This document shows positions 40,061 to 49,349 of a stretch of DNA of 64,000 nt, one piece after another. Position numbers and translations under genes: made by a program. Every line of letters begins with the position of its first letter. The first letter of the stretch is position 1. Source of the stretch: a virus; IMG/VR virus record IMGVR_UViG_3300031088_000734; one strand, written 5' to 3'. Under the pieces are notes generated by a model that searched no databases, was not told where the DNA came from, and was given only the letters and a program-made list of their open reading frames with translations.

Positions 40061-40675
40061 TTAAAGTTTCCAGTTTTTACCACCAGTCATCAATGTGTAG
40101 ACATAAAATGGAATACCAACCACTATGATGCCAATAATCATTATTGGTGCAATCACAACAACACTAATAATCCACAAACCAATTCCTTTAAATATCTCAA
40201 CAACACCCATCATGTTTTCTTGAGCTGTTTGACTGAGTGGTTTCACTTCTATTTTATATTGATATTCTATAGACCTAGAAATGTTTGAATATTCAGCATC
40301 ACAAGGTTTTATATTTACACTGTAATCATTGTTTCTATAATGAAATTTAGATTCTAATTCTTTTTTTGTAAATGGGCCTAATTTTTCTTTTAAAATATCA
40401 TTTTCTAAAGATAAATATTTCAGGCAGACAGCCTCATCTTTGTAAATCGGACTCTCTTTTACTATAAGTCTTATAGAGTTATTATCTTTTACATATATTT
40501 TTAATGAAGACTTATCTTCAAAAATTTTGACGTTTAGTCCTATTTTTAAAGGTTCATCCATGTCTTGTTTATAAACTGGCATCTCTTTCTTTGGAGTACT
40601 GGAGCACCCTATTAAACTTATTATTGTTGCAATGACTGTTGTTGTTTTAAGTATGCTTTTTATTTTTGAATTCAT
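40061..40675 (-). CDS. Lipoprotein with C-terminal TM hairpin (array member 4)
   Basis: Lipobox LIGC; hydrophobic C-terminal pair of helices. Confidence 0.75.
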   Translation of the reverse strand: MNSKIKSILKTTTVIATIISLIGCSSTPKKEMPVYKQDMDEPLKIGLNVKIFEDKSSLKIYVKDNNSIRLIVKESPIYKDEAVCLKYLSLENDILKEKLGPFTKKELESKFHYRNNDYSVNIKPCDAEYSNISRSIEYQYKIEVKPLSQTAQENMMGVVEIFKGIGLWIISVVVIAPIMIIGIIVVGIPFYVYTLMTGGKNWKL

Positions 40676-40688
40676 TTTAATTTCCTTA

Positions 40689-41312
40689 TTAAAAATTGGG
40701 CTTGTGAATAAAATTAAAGTATATATAAATTGGAGTAACTACAATTGCTGCAAGAACTACTCCAACTATCATAAATGGAATAGCAATAACCAGTCCTAGT
40801 GCGTCTAGAATAGAATGTGTAATTTTTTTTGGTATATCTTTATTTGCATGTTCAGGAGTTATTTGAATATTATATTTGTATTTATCTTCATCTTTATAAC
40901 AATTTTTTACAACTATTTTAAACTCTTTGTTAGATGAGTGTAAGTATGTGTATTCACTGTAAGTCATGCTTTCATTTGTAAATTTACCACCATCACTATA
41001 TAAAGATTCTTTTACATTTTTATAATCCAGTGATAATTTAGTTTGGCATTGTTCAATATCATCATATAATGGACTATCTTTTGAAATTAATTTTATTTTA
41101 TGATTTTTATTCACAACCATTTCGATTTTCGATCCATCTTCTCCTTTAGCCGCTAATACACCTTCTGGTAGGTCATCTGTACTTTTATATTCTTTGAATT
41201 CATTTTTATATGTATATGGTTCTTTGGGTAAGCTTGAACATCCAACTATACTACTTATTATGGTCGCTACTGTTAGTAGTTTAAATCCTTTTTTTGTGGC
41301 GTTATATTTCAT
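40689..41312 (-). CDS. Lipoprotein with C-terminal TM hairpin (array member 3)
   Basis: Start moved to MKYNATKK after the repeated promoter; lipobox IVGC. Confidence 0.75.
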   Translation of the reverse strand: MKYNATKKGFKLLTVATIISSIVGCSSLPKEPYTYKNEFKEYKSTDDLPEGVLAAKGEDGSKIEMVVNKNHKIKLISKDSPLYDDIEQCQTKLSLDYKNVKESLYSDGGKFTNESMTYSEYTYLHSSNKEFKIVVKNCYKDEDKYKYNIQITPEHANKDIPKKITHSILDALGLVIAIPFMIVGVVLAAIVVTPIYIYFNFIHKPNF

Positions 41313-41330
41313 TAAAAAATCCATTATTAA

Positions 41331-41405
41331 CTTATATATATTATTATATAGCATACAATAATACTTATGGCAAACTAATAAAAAAGCTAACTCGATGTTA
41401 GCTTT
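41331..41405 (-). repeat. Terminator plus promoter cassette, copy 1
   Basis: AAAGCTAAC..GTTAGCTTT hairpin then TTGCCA-17-TATA on minus strand; about 90 percent identical to 42046..42119. Confidence 0.85.
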
Positions 41406-41419
41406 CATATGGTCATTAG

Positions 41420-42028
41420 TTATTGGAAGAGACTTTTGATTATATAGACTGGGTAGAGAATGATCATTCCTAATACGATGAATGGAAATGCTATAGTCAT
41501 TCCAAGAGCACGCCCAATTTTACTCATTGTAGATGGTTTACCACTTGATTTGTCATAGTTTTCAACTTTTATTTCATAGTTGTATACTTTTTGGTCTTTT
41601 TCAGCGACTGTTGATGTTTTATCTATTAATTCTTTGTTTTGCTTACAGCCTGTTTTAGTTATTTTGAAGTCAGATGTTTCAGTATGTGAGTATGATCCAA
41701 AATTGGTTTCACTTTCTAGTTTTGACTCTTTCAATATTATTTTAACAGTGTCACGATAATCTTTGTTAGACTGTGTTTGACATTCTTGATCAGTGTAGTA
41801 AGCACTTACTTTTTTGATTATAACAATTTCATTTTTACCATTTTTCACATATTCAAATGAATCACCATTTTCATTTTTGTCTGTTAGTTGAGTAATTTCT
41901 TCTGTTTTATCATTCATTTTTTTGTCATAAACCACTACTTGAGGTTTACCCGCACATCCTACTATACTCATTATCATTAACGATACAGTCGTTATCTTAA
42001 ATCCATTTTTTACCTTTTTAATATCCAT
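41420..42028 (-). CDS. Lipoprotein with C-terminal TM hairpin (array member 2)
   Basis: Lipobox IVGC; KGFK/NGFK N-terminus shared with member 3. Confidence 0.75.
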   Translation of the reverse strand: MDIKKVKNGFKITTVSLMIMSIVGCAGKPQVVVYDKKMNDKTEEITQLTDKNENGDSFEYVKNGKNEIVIIKKVSAYYTDQECQTQSNKDYRDTVKIILKESKLESETNFGSYSHTETSDFKITKTGCKQNKELIDKTSTVAEKDQKVYNYEIKVENYDKSSGKPSTMSKIGRALGMTIAFPFIVLGMIILYPVYIIKSLFQ

Positions 42029-42045
42029 AAAATCTCGAATGTTTT

Positions 42046-42119
42046 CTTATATACATATTATATAGCATACAATAGTACTTATGGCAAATTCATAGAAAAG
42101 CTAACTCAATGTTAGCTTT
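42046..42119 (-). repeat. Terminator plus promoter cassette, copy 2
   Basis: See copy 1. Confidence 0.85.
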
Positions 42120-42137
42120 TATTTTATCATTTTTAAA

Positions 42138-42857
42138 TTATATGTTGAATATTATTAAAAATGGAAATAAGAATATACTTCCAATTACTACACCAATACC
42201 CCAAAAATAATAGGGTAATGACATTTTTAATGATTCAATTTTACAAGAAATCTTTCTAAATAAACTGGCCTCTGCTACTATTTCATACGTGTAATATTGA
42301 TCTGTTGTTTTTTTTGAGTTGCATGATTCGGTGTCTACTACAGAACCTCCATTTTTTAGCATTTTTTTACATTCTCGAATTCTTTTTTTCTCAAATCGAC
42401 TAACTGTTTTATTACACTCAATTCCAGTAATATTGAAGTCTGTATACATATTTTTGGTTTTACCCCATGTTAACTGATAATTCTTTTTACATTCTTCTAA
42501 ATTAACATTTTCGTAATAATATGTCATTTTAACAATATTAAATGACATTTTTTCTTCTGTTATCATTTGTGAATTTTTAAAATATTCATTTGAAGAATAT
42601 CCTAAGTTTGGTGGCACTCTTTCCAATGATGCCCCCATATATACAAAAAAATTAAAACTTAATAAAAATACTAAAATTGTAATACTTATTTTCTTGAATG
42701 ATGAAAAAAATGTGACGAATGGCTTTAATGTAAAACAATAAATATTATATATTATTTTTACACAGATAAATTCAAAAAAATTATATAATAAATCACCCAG
42801 TCCCTCAGTGAGATTGGTATTTAATATCTTTTTTATTTTTTTCCATAGGTTCTTCAT
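42138..42857 (-). CDS. Membrane protein related to the lipoprotein array (member 1)
   Basis: N-terminal TM, Y.YEI.. motif, C-terminal hydrophobic hairpin. Confidence 0.65.
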   Translation of the reverse strand: MKNLWKKIKKILNTNLTEGLGDLLYNFFEFICVKIIYNIYCFTLKPFVTFFSSFKKISITILVFLLSFNFFVYMGASLERVPPNLGYSSNEYFKNSQMITEEKMSFNIVKMTYYYENVNLEECKKNYQLTWGKTKNMYTDFNITGIECNKTVSRFEKKRIRECKKMLKNGGSVVDTESCNSKKTTDQYYTYEIVAEASLFRKISCKIESLKMSLPYYFWGIGVVIGSIFLFPFLIIFNI

Positions 42858-42859
42858 AA

Positions 42860-43831
42860 TTAATTTAAACTCATTTTTGGTTTATTTTTATGTTCAATAA
42901 TTGGTATTACTACGTCTACCATTTCTGGTTGTTTTTTATTATTCATCTTTTCTAGTAACTTGATGGTGTAGTATGCATCATTTCCGCTGTTGTGCATTTC
43001 TGTTTTTACATGATCGATATCATACTCATGCAGCATGGTTTGTAATGGCTTTTGTCTGCCCTCTAATCGTTGAGTGTCAATAATCTGCAAGTTTTTGAAA
43101 TCGCTGATCCATATTCCATGTATTCCAAACAGTCTTAAATCTTCTTGATGAGAGTGGAACAACGCATAATCAGCTAGTTCCAGTTGTCCTTTGATAATGT
43201 CGGTCATCGTGTCTAACGAGATGATTTCAGTTTTCCCAAATCTAAATCTTCTTTGCAAGCTACTGTCGCTTTTAGTCTTATAGGCAGTATCAATCAGGTA
43301 ATGCTTGGATATCATGTTGTCACCTTGCTTCACCGTCATACCCATCTCAGTGATTAAATCTTTTTTGTTGGAAAACTCAAAGTCTATGGATACAATACGT
43401 TTTTCTTCAATGTCTTCTGGCATGGTATTGACCATCATCTTTTTTAAGGCGGTTTTTGTAATTGATATTTTTTCGGAAAGTCTTACACCACCAACTTCCT
43501 TCATTTTTGTTGACATAGCCCTTCTAACATCGCCTATGTTGGACACTGTAAACTCTTCCATCTCTTTATATATTTCTGGATTAGCCATGCCCACTCTTTT
43601 CACTTTGAAACCCCTTTCCATTTTTAAGGTCGCAAATAAGTTTATTTTTTCAAAGTCATCTTGTGAGATGTGAATTTCGTCCGTTCCTTTTGGGAAGTAT
43701 ACTTTTTCAACTTTTAAAATATTGAAAATGTTAGAATCACTGTAAAAGTCAATAATTTGTTTTTTCTTCTTCGGATCTTTTGTTGTATTTCCTAATGATT
43801 TTCGTATTTTGTTAGTGCTGTAATAGTTCAT
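42860..43831 (-). CDS. DEDDh 3'-5' exonuclease (Gfd2/YDR514C-like C-terminal domain)
   Basis: VSIDFEF, LFHS..ED, HNSGNDAYYT. Confidence 0.75.
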   Translation of the reverse strand: MNYYSTNKIRKSLGNTTKDPKKKKQIIDFYSDSNIFNILKVEKVYFPKGTDEIHISQDDFEKINLFATLKMERGFKVKRVGMANPEIYKEMEEFTVSNIGDVRRAMSTKMKEVGGVRLSEKISITKTALKKMMVNTMPEDIEEKRIVSIDFEFSNKKDLITEMGMTVKQGDNMISKHYLIDTAYKTKSDSSLQRRFRFGKTEIISLDTMTDIIKGQLELADYALFHSHQEDLRLFGIHGIWISDFKNLQIIDTQRLEGRQKPLQTMLHEYDIDHVKTEMHNSGNDAYYTIKLLEKMNNKKQPEMVDVVIPIIEHKNKPKMSLN

Positions 43832-43972
43832 GGAAATATAGATGTATGGTTATTTATTACATTTTACCATTAAACATTAAGAAGAAAAGCAGCAGATATT
43901 TTTTCACATTTAAAACTTGCCTTTTTTATCATTATTTACTATAATAATTTATTATTTTCTAGGAGTTGTGTC

Positions 43973-44968
43973 ATGGCAAAAATCTTAACCGGCGATAGAC
44001 CAACAGGTTCACTTCATCTTGGGCATTTTGTAGGTTCCTTACGCAACCGTGTTGAACTGCAGCACTTGCACCAGCAAACCATTTTGATTGCTGATAATCA
44101 GGCATTGACTGACAATATGGGTAATCCAACGAAAGTCCGTGATAACGTCATTGAAGTTGCCAAAGACTATCTAGCATGTGGTATCGATCCCACCAAGACC
44201 ACGATTTGTGTCCAGTCTCATCTGCCAGCGATTGCCGAATTGACGTTACTGTATCTCAACCTTGTCACTGTCTCCCGTTTGGAACGGAATCCTACTATTC
44301 GTGATGAGATTAAAGCAAAGAACTTCGAACGAAGTATTCCAGCAGGCTTCTTAGCCTATCCAGTGGCACAAGCAGCAGACATTACTGCATTCAAAGCCGA
44401 TCTTGTTCCAGTCGGTGAAGACCAGCTTCCATTGATTGAGCAAGCCAATGAAATCGTTCACAAATTGAACACTCAGCTAGGTTTTGAAATTGTTCCTGCT
44501 ATCAAAGCTATTACTTCGACAGTCGGAAGACTACCAAGCCTTGATGGTAAATCTAAAATGAGCAAATCGCTAGGTAATACGATTAGTCTATACGCAAGCA
44601 TGAAAGACATTCAAAAGGCCGTCAATTTGATGTTTACCGATAGCAACCATCTTCGTGTTGAAGATCCCGGTCAAGTCGAAGGCAACGTAGTGTTTACTTA
44701 CCTTGATGCGTTTGACCCCGATGTCAATGAGGTCGCTAACTTGAAGGAATTCTATCAGCGTGGTGGTTTAGGTGATGGCACTTTGAAAAAGCGTCTGGTT
44801 GGTGTTTTAGAAACTGTTATTGCTCCTATTCGAGAACAAAGACTGCTGTTAAATACTCAGCATGATTTTGTACTTGATGTGTTGAAGCAGGGCACATTGA
44901 AAGCACAAGCCGAAACCCATCAAAATGTCAATGAGATTAAAGACGCTTTTGGTTTTTTCAAATTTTGA
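43973..44968 (+). CDS. trpS: Tryptophanyl-tRNA synthetase (TrpRS II type)
   Basis: ILTGDRPTGSLHLGH (HIGH), YPVAQAADI, VPVGEDQ, KMSKS. Confidence 0.97.
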   Translation: MAKILTGDRPTGSLHLGHFVGSLRNRVELQHLHQQTILIADNQALTDNMGNPTKVRDNVIEVAKDYLACGIDPTKTTICVQSHLPAIAELTLLYLNLVTVSRLERNPTIRDEIKAKNFERSIPAGFLAYPVAQAADITAFKADLVPVGEDQLPLIEQANEIVHKLNTQLGFEIVPAIKAITSTVGRLPSLDGKSKMSKSLGNTISLYASMKDIQKAVNLMFTDSNHLRVEDPGQVEGNVVFTYLDAFDPDVNEVANLKEFYQRGGLGDGTLKKRLVGVLETVIAPIREQRLLLNTQHDFVLDVLKQGTLKAQAETHQNVNEIKDAFGFFKF

Positions 44969-45061
44969 AGCAATAAAAGAATTTATATTGATAAAAATAG
45001 CAATTTATTGTATAATTTTCATTGCAAGATTTACTACATTTTTTAACTACTATTAAAGGAA

Positions 45062-45574
45062 ATGACTATGCCTGACAATACTGAACTGAATGCTTATATC
45101 CAATCAGAAAAAGTTCGCTTTATTAACAAAATTAAAGGCCACATTCTAAGAATTGAAACTGAATTGAATATTACTTTTGATCACTCCATTACCGAAACTG
45201 ATTGTTTAGTTCTTGTTAATGGTGTAGATAATTATTCCTATCGTGCATCGAAATGGTTTTATTCTAAAATTGACTCCAGTGTAAAGCTAGTGTTCAATTC
45301 ATCATCGAATCCTTTCATGCTTCCAAACACTAATAAATCTCTTTTGTCATTTTCACTGAACGATGATTTTGAATTGGTCACGGTTAACCTTCGTAACTGG
45401 GTTCAATCAGCCGATGGTCGTTTTACTGATGTAAAGTTGACATTTGATAGTCAGCTTGTTTTGGTTCTGCTTGAAGAAAACAGCCATGCCAAATCTGGTT
45501 TACTGGAATCTTATGCGGTAGAAGCTGATTTGTTTAAACAGCGTAATGCTGCTCCAATTAAAAAGACAAAGTAA
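45062..45574 (+). CDS. Family A paralog lacking the conserved C-terminal tail
   Basis: GVD.YS...SKWF.SKI and PF.LPN...F..NDDF shared with 34724..35365. Confidence 0.7.
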   Translation: MTMPDNTELNAYIQSEKVRFINKIKGHILRIETELNITFDHSITETDCLVLVNGVDNYSYRASKWFYSKIDSSVKLVFNSSSNPFMLPNTNKSLLSFSLNDDFELVTVNLRNWVQSADGRFTDVKLTFDSQLVLVLLEENSHAKSGLLESYAVEADLFKQRNAAPIKKTK

Positions 45575-45725
45575 AAATTTGTGATCCAAAAAAGACCTAT
45601 TTCTAGGTCTTTTTTTTTGCATATATATACTAAAAAGTTCTTGCATTATATTTAAAAGTATGATCCACTCTTTACTTTTTGAATTTTTGTAGTATGCTAT
45701 TGAAGACCAACAGTAAGGAGGATGT

Positions 45726-46010
45726 ATGAGTAAAAATACAGTTCCGATTGCTTTGGTGGCTTTATTGCCGCTTTCTTATGGTTTAAGACGAATTGTTGAA
45801 AACAAGGCAAATGAAAAGACTGAAATGAATCAACTTCTCGGAGATCATTTCAAGGAAGATTATAAAAATTTGAAATTGACCTCCCGCCAAAAAAAAGAGA
45901 TTTATTCAGTGCTCAAGAATAAAGCTACTGACGCCAATCACGATATTAAACACATACTTAATGATACTCAGCTTAGTCTATACCAGCGACTTGGTAAAAG
46001 TTTACACTGA
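45726..46010 (+). CDS. LTXXQ-like (Spy/CpxP-related) protein
   Basis: LKLTSRQKKEI and ILNDTQ. Confidence 0.55.
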   Translation: MSKNTVPIALVALLPLSYGLRRIVENKANEKTEMNQLLGDHFKEDYKNLKLTSRQKKEIYSVLKNKATDANHDIKHILNDTQLSLYQRLGKSLH

Positions 46011-46067
46011 TTTTCTATTATACGATGATTACATTTAATTAACTAACTAACTTTGGAGGCTTCACCT

Positions 46068-46403
46068 ATGAAAAAATTAATACTTACCACTGCACTTGCA
46101 TCTTTAATGGCTATGTCAGCTACAGCGTTTGCTTATGACACAACTGGTGCAACAGACACTATGAGCAACACCGCTTCAGACATGAAAGGTCATGTTGCTG
46201 GTAAAATGATGAGAGACAAAATGGCCGCAGATTCGGCACGTCTAAACCTAACACCTGATCAAAAAACAAAAATTGATGCATTGATGAAAGAGAGCAAAAC
46301 TAAACTAGATACTGACATTAGAGCACTACTTGACGACAAACAAAAAGTAGAGTTTGACAAAATTAAATCTGAACACAAATCTGCTTGGTCGAAATCCCAG
46401 TAA
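46068..46403 (+). CDS. Spy/CpxP-like periplasmic protein
   Basis: Signal peptide, Met-rich segment, LNLTPDQK and LLDDKQ. Confidence 0.7.
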   Translation: MKKLILTTALASLMAMSATAFAYDTTGATDTMSNTASDMKGHVAGKMMRDKMAADSARLNLTPDQKTKIDALMKESKTKLDTDIRALLDDKQKVEFDKIKSEHKSAWSKSQ

Positions 46404-46520
46404 TTTGTTGAAATCCGTATAAAGACCTAGCTATAGGTCTTTTTTTTGATTAAAAATATTGTTATTTTCTTGGTGTTTTGGTATAATCAATGTCATCTAT
46501 TATTCCTTTGGAGCACTGCC

Positions 46521-47021
46521 ATGAATGAATTTGTCACCCTTCTGAATACTTTTGCTTCCCTAAAATTGACTGAGCATTCTAACCTCACACCAATGATGGA
46601 CATTAAATTCAACGTGGCAAGTGAGCAATATTCATTGGCTGCAAATCAAATTCGACAGAATATTCAAAAAATGCAACAACGCACTCCAAGTATGGCTTAT
46701 GATCATGCTGGTATTCAAGTGCTCGAAATGATTCATAATAGCATTCTTGACATGGATTATAAACACCACACCGAATACATGGTCGGTTTGTTTGAATTGA
46801 TTCAAAACAACCTTTTAATGGCTAATCTAAGACATGAACTAACCTTTGTTAAATCTTATAGTCAAAATCTCAATAAACAAGAATCAAAAGATGGTCTTAT
46901 TGAAATTACTCAATATCTTAATAAAAAAGATTTTAAACATAAAGAAGCAGTAATCCTTTTTATTGCTCAAATGTTGTCCACGCATGACTACTTGGTGTCA
47001 CTGAAGGATAAATATTTTTGA
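46521..47021 (+). CDS. Hypothetical protein, paralog of 47738..48232
   Basis: MN..V.LL.T..SLKL start and LK..YF end shared. Confidence 0.75.
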   Translation: MNEFVTLLNTFASLKLTEHSNLTPMMDIKFNVASEQYSLAANQIRQNIQKMQQRTPSMAYDHAGIQVLEMIHNSILDMDYKHHTEYMVGLFELIQNNLLMANLRHELTFVKSYSQNLNKQESKDGLIEITQYLNKKDFKHKEAVILFIAQMLSTHDYLVSLKDKYF

Positions 47022-47671
47022 ATACTGACACTGAGTTAGATGATGAATTCTCAATCGAAGATCATTATAATCATCAGATTGTAGTGCTTCATCAAAATTT
47101 ATTAAACCATATTAGTGATATTAACAAGAAATTTAACATTAATATGGTTATTGACTTTCAAATTCAAGATAATGTCATTATGATGTATGGTCAAAGTGAG
47201 CGTCCTATTAAAGTCTACAGTTGGTTCAAGGATGGTGCTTACTCTGTTTCAACTAACACTCTTGAATTTATTTGTGAAACCTTTCCTTTTTATCCTTATC
47301 AGCTTGATAAAGGTAAGATGACACTCTATATTGACACTTCTTCTTTTAACATTGTCTCTATGCTAGTTAAAGGTCATGTTACGATACAAGGTGTTAAATC
47401 TTATTTTAACTTGTCGTTTGATAATAATTTTGAATTACTAAAAATCACTTCGCAAATATTAGGTATCAATGCTAAAACAAATTATTCAATTATTAAAAAA
47501 GGCGAACAACTTTGTTCATTAGAAGACGAAAGTAACTTTTTTAAATACTGCCTTTACAGTCAGACAGACATCATTAAATTGTTGCCTGAGTGCTACCTAC
47601 CTTCGGCGTATGATTTCAACTCAGTCGATTTTCAAGACCGTTTGAAATTGTTTGATATGATTATTTATTGA
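47018..47671 (+). CDS. Family A paralog
   Basis: LLPECYLPSAYDFNSVDFQDRLKLFDMIIY. Confidence 0.75.
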   Translation: MNTDTELDDEFSIEDHYNHQIVVLHQNLLNHISDINKKFNINMVIDFQIQDNVIMMYGQSERPIKVYSWFKDGAYSVSTNTLEFICETFPFYPYQLDKGKMTLYIDTSSFNIVSMLVKGHVTIQGVKSYFNLSFDNNFELLKITSQILGINAKTNYSIIKKGEQLCSLEDESNFFKYCLYSQTDIIKLLPECYLPSAYDFNSVDFQDRLKLFDMIIY

Positions 47672-47737
47672 CAAATAAATTGTTGTTTTCTCTTTTCTCT
47701 GTTATACTTGCTTTCTTATTTTAATGGAGCTTTTATT

Positions 47738-48232
47738 ATGAATCAACTAGTGTCTTTGCTGCAAACTTTGAAATCTTTGAAGTTGAATGTTCGCACTGAA
47801 ATGCCATCGGTGGATGATTTTCAATTGTTGATTGCCACTGACAGTTGCAGTCTTGCAGCTCATCATATTCGTAAAGAAATCCAGTATCACCATACACACA
47901 ACAACCTGACCGATGATACACATCAAATCCAGCTTCTCAAAATGATTCACAATCAGGTTATTGATAAAAGCATTGTTCAAAAGCAAGATTATTTCGATAG
48001 TCTTTTTGACCTTATCCAGTCAAATGCTGAATTGAAACCTATTTTGGTTTTTCATGAATTTAAAAATAGTGGTTATAAGCTCACCGAACCAGAACATTAC
48101 GATAAATTTGTTAAAATGGGACGAAGCTTAAACAACAAAGAATTTCAAAATAAAGAGCTTATCATTTTCTTTTGCTCGAAAATTCTGGAAACCCATAATG
48201 AGATTCAAAAACTTAAATCTCAATATTTTTAA
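47738..48232 (+). CDS. Hypothetical protein, paralog of 46521..47021
   Basis: As above. Confidence 0.75.
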   Translation: MNQLVSLLQTLKSLKLNVRTEMPSVDDFQLLIATDSCSLAAHHIRKEIQYHHTHNNLTDDTHQIQLLKMIHNQVIDKSIVQKQDYFDSLFDLIQSNAELKPILVFHEFKNSGYKLTEPEHYDKFVKMGRSLNNKEFQNKELIIFFCSKILETHNEIQKLKSQYF

Positions 48233-48332
48233 ATTTTCTTGAAAAACACTTGCCATAATGTCTAAAATTAGGTATTATGGCTATCTCAACAACAAACACA
48301 TATTTTATTAATTATTTTAAAGGAGAATGCCC

Positions 48333-48347
48333 ATGTCTATTATTTAA
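48333..48347 (+). CDS. Leader minigene MSII-stop
   Basis: TTGCCA-17-TATTAT promoter; AAGGAG SD 7 nt before ATG TCT ATT ATT TAA. Confidence 0.5.
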   Translation: MSII

Positions 48348-48368
48348 ACTTAATAGAGGATATTAAAT

Positions 48369-48698
48369 ATGAGCAGAACAATCCGCCGCAAAAACGAAAA
48401 GAACAATTTCGGCAAACTCTTCTTGCTGAACGAGAAGGACTTGGACGAAAACGGGCTGGTCGAGTGGCACTGGAACAAAGCAATGGTCGGTTTGACCTTG
48501 GAAGAAGCAAACAAGAAAAGAATGCAGTGGTTCCACTCCTGCAGCGGCCCACGTTTCGATTACTGCCCCGGAAAAGCTTACCGTCAGGAATACCGGGCGA
48601 AAAGCAAGCAGCAACTCAGGGAGCAATTGAACGTGCTCGATGATTACGAAGCCGTAGCCATCGACAAGCTCTGCAACGATTGGCGTTACTGGATGTAA
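48369..48698 (+). CDS. Basic protein with MSRTIRRK N-terminus
   Basis: GAGGA SD; GC-richer codons than neighbours. Confidence 0.8.
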   Translation: MSRTIRRKNEKNNFGKLFLLNEKDLDENGLVEWHWNKAMVGLTLEEANKKRMQWFHSCSGPRFDYCPGKAYRQEYRAKSKQQLREQLNVLDDYEAVAIDKLCNDWRYWM

Positions 48699-48752
48699 CT
48701 TAAGAAGACCTTTCTTGTAAAGGTCTTTTTTCTTTTCTAAAAGGAATGTATT

Positions 48753-49154
48753 ATGAAGAAAATGATTGTGTATCGGCTGGAAAATAGCCAAGGTATTGGT
48801 CCGTTCCGTGGTGGTCATCGTGATGAAGCTGAATTGCTGAAAGGGCATCTGGGAATTCGTCAGTGTCTTGTTGAACGCGGACGTATGAAGTCAAGAGCGT
48901 TTAAGAAGTTGTCTAATTCTGGTTGGAATTGTGCTTGGAGTTCGGAAGTTGATTTTAACGAATGGATGAACAACAAAACCGAGTTTTTTGAAAAGCTTGG
49001 TTATTTCAAAGTAGCCTATCAAGTTGACCAGTATAAATTGTGCGATGAACAGCAGCTTTGCCAGTATGATGAAGTCTTGGAAGACTATGTGTCTTTCGAT
49101 ATTGATGGCTTTCAGGTCTTTTTTAATCCGAAGCGTGCAGTAAAGCTTAAATAG
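48753..49154 (+). CDS. Hypothetical phage-type protein (VYRLEN..G.GP motif)
   Basis: AAGGA SD; possible ART-like R..S..pattern, unconfirmed. Confidence 0.7.
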   Translation: MKKMIVYRLENSQGIGPFRGGHRDEAELLKGHLGIRQCLVERGRMKSRAFKKLSNSGWNCAWSSEVDFNEWMNNKTEFFEKLGYFKVAYQVDQYKLCDEQQLCQYDEVLEDYVSFDIDGFQVFFNPKRAVKLK

Positions 49155-49167
49155 TTAATAAAAAAGC

Positions 49168-49196
49168 TTGTGATGGGTCATTGATTGTTGTATAAT
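49168..49196 (+). promoter_or_regulatory. Promoter P1 of minigene array
   Basis: A-tract then TTGTGA-17-TATAAT with TGn. Confidence 0.75.
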
Positions 49197-49257
49197 GACC
49201 TCATTGAAAAAACGAAGAAACAAAAAAGATTATAGAAAAAAGAAGACGAAAAAAAGC

Positions 49258-49286
49258 TTGTTCAGGTTTCAAAATGGTGGTAAGAT
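49258..49286 (+). promoter_or_regulatory. Promoter P2 of minigene array
   Basis: A-tract then TTGTTC-17-TAAGAT with TGn. Confidence 0.6.
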
Positions 49287-49343
49287 AAGCTTCCTTAGAC
49301 AAACAACTAGCACACTAATGAAGGCCCGAGAGGTGAGCCAAAA

Positions 49344-49349
49344 ATGTAA
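49344..49349 (+). CDS. Start-stop minigene (M-stop)
   Basis: GAGGTGA-7nt-ATG TAA. Confidence 0.55.
   Translation: M

Noticed and set aside
49270-49290. ATG GTG GTA AGA TAA as a fourth minigene
   Set aside because: Falls within the spacer and -10 of promoter P2 and has only a weak AGGT SD
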